Assembly (NCBI GenBank): GCA_964035575.1
Contig: OZ037847.1
Coordinates: 1,364,001-1,428,000 of the forward strand
Length of the DNA stretch: 64,000 nt
Direction: 5' to 3'
DNA from: Rhynchopus sp. YZ270_cl-10
Lineage: Eukaryota
In this document: piece by piece, positions 57,350 to 64,000 of the stretch
How positions within the stretch are numbered: the first letter of the stretch is position 1
How the letters are laid out: each line of letters begins with the position of its first letter
The notes under the pieces: model-generated
What the model saw: only the letters and a program-made list of their open reading frames with translations
The model's database searches: none
Told to the model about the DNA's origin: nothing
Position numbers and translations under genes: made by a program

Positions 57350-60300
57350 ATGCGTTCCCCTTTTTGGGCGATTTTCTTGTGTTTTTTGTGTATCATTGAG
57401 AACGCCGCGTTGCCGCCTACCCCGGCACTGCCGGTGTCTGTTTTTCATGGAGGCAACCCTGAGCCTGCGGTGGAGTGGTTGGGGGAGTTGTTGATTGATT
57501 TTAATAAGGCAAGCGGTACGATGGTGGTGACTGTGAAGGGGCCGTCGTCTGCGTGGTTTGCGCTTGGTTTTGGGAGTGACCCTGCGGTCAGTGGAACTGC
57601 GGCAATGGCAGGAGCGTACTCCATTGTCATCTCAAAATCCTACGCTACCGACGCCTATCGCCTCACTGCGGCCGGCATCGAGCCGTCCAGCCTCCTCGAC
57701 CACGAGCTCGACACCATCGACGACGTCACAATCGGTCCCTGGCGGCGTGTCACTGTGTCGCGCAACATCACCGACCCATTCTTCGACTTCGCACCGTACC
57801 TCATAGAAGGAACCAAGCTCGATATGATCACTGCTACAGGGATGTACCAACCAGGGGACAAAAAGGAGTATGGCAATCATTTGGCAGGAAATGCCAGGTT
57901 TTCTGTGGAGATTCGTGGTGTCGAGATGGGGACAGAGTGCTTTCAGAAGGATGGGGATGAGTTGGGGTGCAGCACCGCAGGGTGCTGGTGGCTTCGTGGA
58001 TCGTGTAGGGACTGTATTGATGCTGGGGAGGATAGCTGTCTGAACGCGGCCGGGTGTTTTTACAACCCACTTAATCATAAGTGTGAGCCAAACTGTAACA
58101 CTGAACGCCACAAGGTAGATTTCGGATACTGTGTGCCCGAGCATTGGGACGTTAACAAGGAGGACAACTTCACGTGGTTTGAAAAGCAATGCACGCAATA
58201 CGTCAGCCCCGAAGTCAAGCTCGAACTGCTCAACTTCATTCAGGTCCAAGAAAACAAACATCTCCTCATCCCAGAGGAGCTTCTTCACCTCTATGATAGC
58301 TCGATCGAGCATCACGATGAACACGGTATGCCAAATAATCTGAGAAATTCTCAAAAAGGAGGGCAATTTTGTGTTGTGTTTCAGTATAACAGTTGCCAAT
58401 GGGTGCAGATTGGTTGGGTGATGGCAAAATATTCGCACGAAGGTACATTTTTTTTTCAATGCATTTCCTTTTACAGGTGTCGCGCCGTATAATATTCTTG
58501 TGATCTTTGGAACCTTTGCGATTGGCGCTTTTGTGCGGTACTTCTGTTTGTTGTACCCTCAGGTATGGTGGTTATTTCGTGCGACACAACAAACACAATG
58601 CAGGTGCCCTACACGGTGATCATCTTTGTTGTTGGCATGCTTTTTGGTGCGATGGGCAAATGGTCGGCAACGAAGGCAAAGTTTGCAAAGTACGAGGCCC
58701 TTGCAGACATGAACCCTCATATGATCTTTTATGTGTTTCTTCCGGTCCTCATTTTTGAGTCTGCCTTTGCGATGGAGATACCTATTTTTAAGAAGGTGAT
58801 TGGGCAGTGTATTATATTGGCGGGGCCGGGGTTGATAGTAGCGTCGGTGGCGACGGGGATGGTGGCGAAGACCGTGTTTGTTGAGTATGAGTGGACCTTG
58901 CCGGCGTGTCTGCTGTTTGGGACCATCCTATCTGCGACGGACCCTGTAGCTGTCGTGGCGCTGCTGAAGGAGCTGGGTGCCTCGCCTGTCATCTCTACGA
59001 TGATCGAAGGAGAGTCGCTCTTCAACGATGGGACTGCGATTGTTTTCTTCTCTGTTCTGAAGTCGTCTGTAGAGCGTGGCTCCGACGGCGGCTGTCTTGC
59101 CGCATGGGAAACCTGTGCAGACCAATGTCTCTGCGTGCCTGAGTGTGAAATCCCCTACAACGTGCTCGAAATCATCATCGAGTTCTGCAAGGTCTCCTTC
59201 GGTGGTCCCCTAGTAGGGCTCGCAATGGGCTTCATTACCGTAGCAGGTATAGACCGTGTCTTCAACGATCCGCTCATCGAAATTACCAGTACCTTGTGCT
59301 CCGCGTACATCACATTTTACGTCTGTGAGGGTTTTCTTCATGTGTCGGGGGTGCTGGGGTTGGTTGTGCTTGGATGCTATATGTCCTACTTCAAGGAGTG
59401 TATCTCGCCGGAGGTGTGTATACAGTTTTTTTTTTTGAAAAGTAGAAGATATGTTAGGCCTGGTGGTGGTATGTTTTTCAAAAAAATAATGCTCTTGAAA
59501 AAAATAGGTGGAGCATTCGCTGCATGAGTTCTGGAATGTGACGGTGTACCTGACGAACACATGCATTTTCGCGCTGGCGGGGATGATTGTTGCGTTGAAA
59601 GCCTTCGACGACATCACCATGAAGGACATCTACTATCTGTTTGTGATCTACATCACGGTATGCCACGCACCCACGCACGCACCACAACACAACACACACA
59701 TCTCAGATTAACGTTGTACGAATGCTGGTTCTTGTCATGTTCTCGCCGATTCTGTGTCTCTTCAAGTACAAGCTCTCCGTGGGTGAGTCGTGCTTGATTG
59801 CGTGGGGAGGGCTGCGTGGTGCTGTGGGGTTGGCGTTGGCGCTTATTATTCGGGTATGGCACGGCGACATCATGAGGTGCCCGAGCATGCGAGGCTTAGG
59901 TTCATTTGGTGCAAACATTTCTCTATTAAACTCACCACCACCTCCTCACAGGCGGATGAAAACGTCGTTGTCCCAAATGTGCGCAATAAGTTTATTTTCC
60001 ACGTCGCGGGGATTGTGATCCTGACACTGATCGTGAACGGTGTGAGCACACAACGTCTTGTTGCGTACTTCAAACTCGATGAGATCGCAGAGCGCAAGAA
60101 GAAGAGCATGCGGGACCGCTTTGCAGACCTGCAGGAGTACCGCAAGAGCGAGATCATCAACCTAGGATGGGACGAGGCCACCGGCACTGCATACTACGAC
60201 TGCAACTGGGCGAAAGTCTTCTCGTATACTGACCCTGCCACGAACCTGCCAGAGGGGTACATTAATCCGTACATGAGACGCGGTGAACGTGTCGGCAACA

Positions 60301-62603
60301 CTGCGGACCCACAGTTTGCACAGAAGTCGTGGCAAGAGGGCCGCACTGTGTACTACGGTGCCATCATGTCCTCCATCCACAAGCAGTACTCAGCAGGGAT
60401 GCTGGGCCCCGCTGCAGTCCGTGCCTTCCACCACCTCACCCTCAGCGCCTCTGAGCAGGAGACTTATGCCACTGATTCGTACGACGTCTCGCAGTCGCAA
60501 CTCAACGGCACAGGTCTGATGAACCCGCACGACCTGAGGCCACTGTTTGCTGGCGACACATACCTGAAGCAGCGCTTCTACACCTCCAACATGCTGAAGG
60601 CGTTGAACGTTTCGTTGTCCTTCGTTGAGGCGCATCAGTACGCACAGCATAAGGTACGTCTTGTGTGCGAGCCTGCAGTGGCGAGTCGTATTGCCACGAT
60701 ATGTAAGCGGAATGTGACGCAGATGAATGAGATCATCAACGAGTCGACGCAGTCTCATCTGCATCTGTCATGTGCACTGAAGACGCAGCACGCTGCGAGG
60801 GACATCCTGAACGACATGAAGGTGTCCATCAGTGCCATGCAGCATGAGGGCCGTCTCGACGACCAGGACAAGATGTCCCTCGTGGAGATGGTCGAGGCAC
60901 GCATGAAGCACCTCCAGAAGGAGTTCCCCACCACGCTGCCCTACCCAAAGGAAACCGACGCCTTCGAGCTCTTCCCCCTCTACAACTACTGCGACGAACG
61001 CGCCAAACGCGAAGTCGAAGCCATGTTCATGAACCGTATCGTCACGCTTGCCGCCAAAGGCTCACTCTGCCAAAAGGAAAAGGGCCAACGCTCGAAAGGC
61101 ATCAACGGTGTCTATCTCGTAATCACCGGCATTGTGTCGCTCCGCTTAGGGCGTAAGATGTATCGGTATGGCGCAGGGTACGGGCTAGGACTGCAGAAGT
61201 TCTTGACCGGCACGACACGATTTGATGAAGTGGAGACGGAGACTGTGTGCACCATGGCGTACATCCCTCACGACGTTTTGGTGCAGCATACGACTAAGTG
61301 CCCCTCACTGCTGGACGCTCTGTGGAAGCAGTGTGGTGAACAGGCGGCACGTCTGCTGATGCCGGTGCTTCCGCAGTTTGAAAAGCTTTCCGACGCACAG
61401 ATCCGCAAGATCGCACGCACCGGAGTGGTTGCCATTCTACAGGACACAGAAGTCCACGCATTTAACTCTGAACGACGTCAAAAGCTTGACTCGGAAACCT
61501 CATACACCTTGGTCCTCCGCGGTCGTTGCTATGAATACGAAGGCCAAATGGCGATCCGCTTCCCTGAAATGATCCCTAACACATACAAATTCGCGACCTT
61601 CACAAACCACGCCGTCATCTTCGAAATGGAGGCAACCGACTCTGCGTCGCTCCGCGCCAAACGGAAGTGGGGCCGACTACGCTCCAAGACCCGCACCATC
61701 GTCCTCTGGTCTTCCCTCCGTGGACGATTCTGGGGCCGCGTCAGTCTTGCGCTGGCGTTGAACTGCCCCTTCCCCGACGACGTTAAAGGGACCCTCCCCG
61801 ACGAGCTTCTACGCCGCGACGAACCCATCCAGTTTGCCTCTCCTGTCAAAACCAGAGAAAAACGCAAAAAGACGCTTCCAACTTTGGGCGATTTCACATC
61901 CGAATTTGCAGAACTACACGGCGCTCCTAAAAACATGAACTATGGCGACCCTGCCACGCTTAGGAAAAACCGAGTACGGAAGGAACGCAATGGTGAGAAG
62001 GCCCGCCACCACTCCCCCCATACCAGAGAGCCACGGCGCGGGGTTGGCAGCTTTTCTCTTGAACCACCGACGGAAGGATCCTTCAGCATTGCGACGGGGA
62101 TTGACTACAAACAGTTTGACAAGACACCGAGCTCGGACAGCACCGAGATGAAGGAGTTGACGCAGTACTCGCCGCTGTCGTCGCATTCACCTCCGTCTGT
62201 TCGGAGTGCGAGGCGGCAGAGGGCACCGCAAAGCGACCTTCTTTCGTTCTCCCCTATGGGGACGGCTGCCGGGTCTTTTGGGGATGCAGGCGTTTTCCAG
62301 TCTCCTTTGAGCAATGTGTCCACCCGACAGTCTCGACGCGATCCTAGGAGGGATACACAACAGTTGCCGGTCAGTCTTGCAGGGCAAGAGAGGGGAGGTG
62401 GTGGTGGTGGTGGTAGTGGTGTGGACCGCAGAGGTGGTGGTGAAAGCCGCAAGCACGCAACGCTCGCAGCGCTCTTCGAAGAGGATAGCGCCCCCCGTGC
62501 AAGTGCAGCTCGCTCTGAAGCTTCGACACTAAGCGCCCGGAAACTGACCCTCCCAGACGCTCCGGATTTCGATAAAATGCTGTCAGAGGTGCAACAAAAG
62601 TAA
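57350..62603 (+). CDS. CPA1 Na+/H+ antiporter (SOS1/NHX7/SLC9C-like) with N-terminal DOMON-like and Cys-rich ectodomains and a C-terminal cNMP-binding-like domain; join(57350..58325,58477..58562,58604..59413,59508..59657,59707..59853,59952..62603)
   Basis: FLPVLIFESAF, LSATDPVAV, IEGESLFNDG, HVSGVLG and WGGLRGAVGLALAL are CPA1 motifs. GVYLVITGIV...YGAGYGLGL is CNBD-like. Five phase-compatible GT-AG introns link all the pieces. Confidence 0.88.
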
Positions 62604-64000
62604 TCGTTATTGTTATATTTCTTTAACTGGAAGCGCTTGAAAAATGATACTCTATAGGGGTGAGGAAATACGGAATTGAACTGAGTTTTTTTTTTGCATT
62701 TTTTCAAAATTCACCTTTTCAATCTGGGAAAAGTTCAAATGGGGTAACGATGGGTATGGGGATATTCTTTTTAGAGTGGTGTGTGTGTGTTTTTCTATTT
62801 GTTTCGTTTTCATAGGGGGGTCTTTTTGGGGGAGTTTTTTATGTGACAAAAAAAAAATTACATAGTAACGCTACAGTTTGCTCTGGGGAGACTGGGGAGG
62901 GGAAGTGTCATATCTACTACCCCTTTTCTCTTTTGTCTCTTTTGTTTGTGATATAGGTGACCAAGGAGTTAGGGTCATCTTACAAAACTTTTATTTGTTT
63001 TTGTTTTTGTTTTTTTTTACTACCATTTTATGCAAAGTGCGCCAAGAGATCATCTTTGCCACTTTTTTCTCTCTTTTGTTTTTCCTTTTTTTCTACACAC
63101 CATTCATTTAGCAATATTTCACATTGATGTGCATTTTGCTTAGGCTAGCTTCACTGACTTATGAATTCAAAAAAACATCATTTCACGCCTTTTTTATTGC
63201 CTTTTAGCCCCCCTCGGTAGGTGAGGTGACTCCGTAAAGAGGTTACTACCTACCTGGGAAGAACCATAAAGGGGCACAACGATGTGACCCTTTCTCTGAC
63301 AACCCGCTAATCCTGCAGCTTGACCAGTCTTAAAATCCCTTTGCGGGTTTGCACAAAAACCTGCAAACCCGCCATCTGTTTTTTTTTTCTCATTTGAGGA
63401 TGAAGTTTCCTGCTGATCTACAACAGCGGGGAACTAAAGGGATTCCACTAGGTGCACGCTGCAAAGGTGATCTTAACTAACAGTGTATCATTTTTTTTAC
63501 GAACTTCATTTTTAGGTGGTTCTTAGGCTCGTACGACCAACTTATTTCTTTCAGAACGGAACGCAAATAGGTCCCCGTTTTTCATGTTAGTTTCCGATGT
63601 TTGATCGAATAATTTTTTTTCTGACTTTTTAACAAAAACTCAATCGTAGTCAGTGTCGTGCTTATGCAGCGAGAAACCCCACCCCCTCCACCCCCCTGTT
63701 GGAAATGGTGCTAGTTTGAGGTTGGCAACTACACCCATTCTGACTAAAAAATGTTTCAGCCATATTAGTTTTGTGGAGAACATCCTTTGATAGGCGTATC
63801 CACACTAATACAAAAAAAGTTTTCCCCCAAAAAAAATAAAGTCTTTTTTTTTTCCCTTTCCTCTTCAACTTACCATATCTGGACAAATGTCTGGTTTTGT
63901 GCACACCCCCCACCATTCCGTTCGCAGTTATCCCCCCCTTATTGGTTGCATGCATCCAAATTGACACACGGAGGGAGCTTTTTTTTATCAAAATATATGA

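Overview
Eukaryotic (protist) nuclear DNA, not prokaryotic. All 16 supportable protein genes lie on the + strand, many split by short GT-AG introns, with pyrimidine- or T-rich spacers between them. This organisation resembles euglenozoans, especially diplonemids (my inference; the taxon cannot be proven from the window). Recognisable genes: a 2H-phosphoesterase-like protein, two Sld2/FAM13A-like repeat proteins, a CCCH zinc-finger protein, a p25-alpha/TPPP-like protein, a degenerate 14-3-3, an SNase-like protein, an LRR+RRM protein, HMG-CoA lyase with an EF-hand tail, an arylsulfatase, a cathepsin L-like protease and a DOMON-fused CPA1 Na+/H+ antiporter. Mobile DNA: a 7-kb element with split direct repeats (A...BA...B) and decayed RT/RNase H/YR-like remnants, a Mutator-like element with a 9-bp TSD, and several MITE-like elements with TSDs. 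The most striking unexplained signal is a set of short structured motifs. The main one is a hairpin like AAGGTGACTAAGC-ACGAGAG-GCTTAGGTTCATCTT, seen about 30 times in spacers and introns and, in every copy I found, in the sense orientation, with an alternative stem sequence that keeps the pairing. It travels with other recurring modules, and a lone 5.8S-rRNA-like fragment lies in the same motif-rich spacer. All family assignments are by-eye motif recognition; no searches were run.
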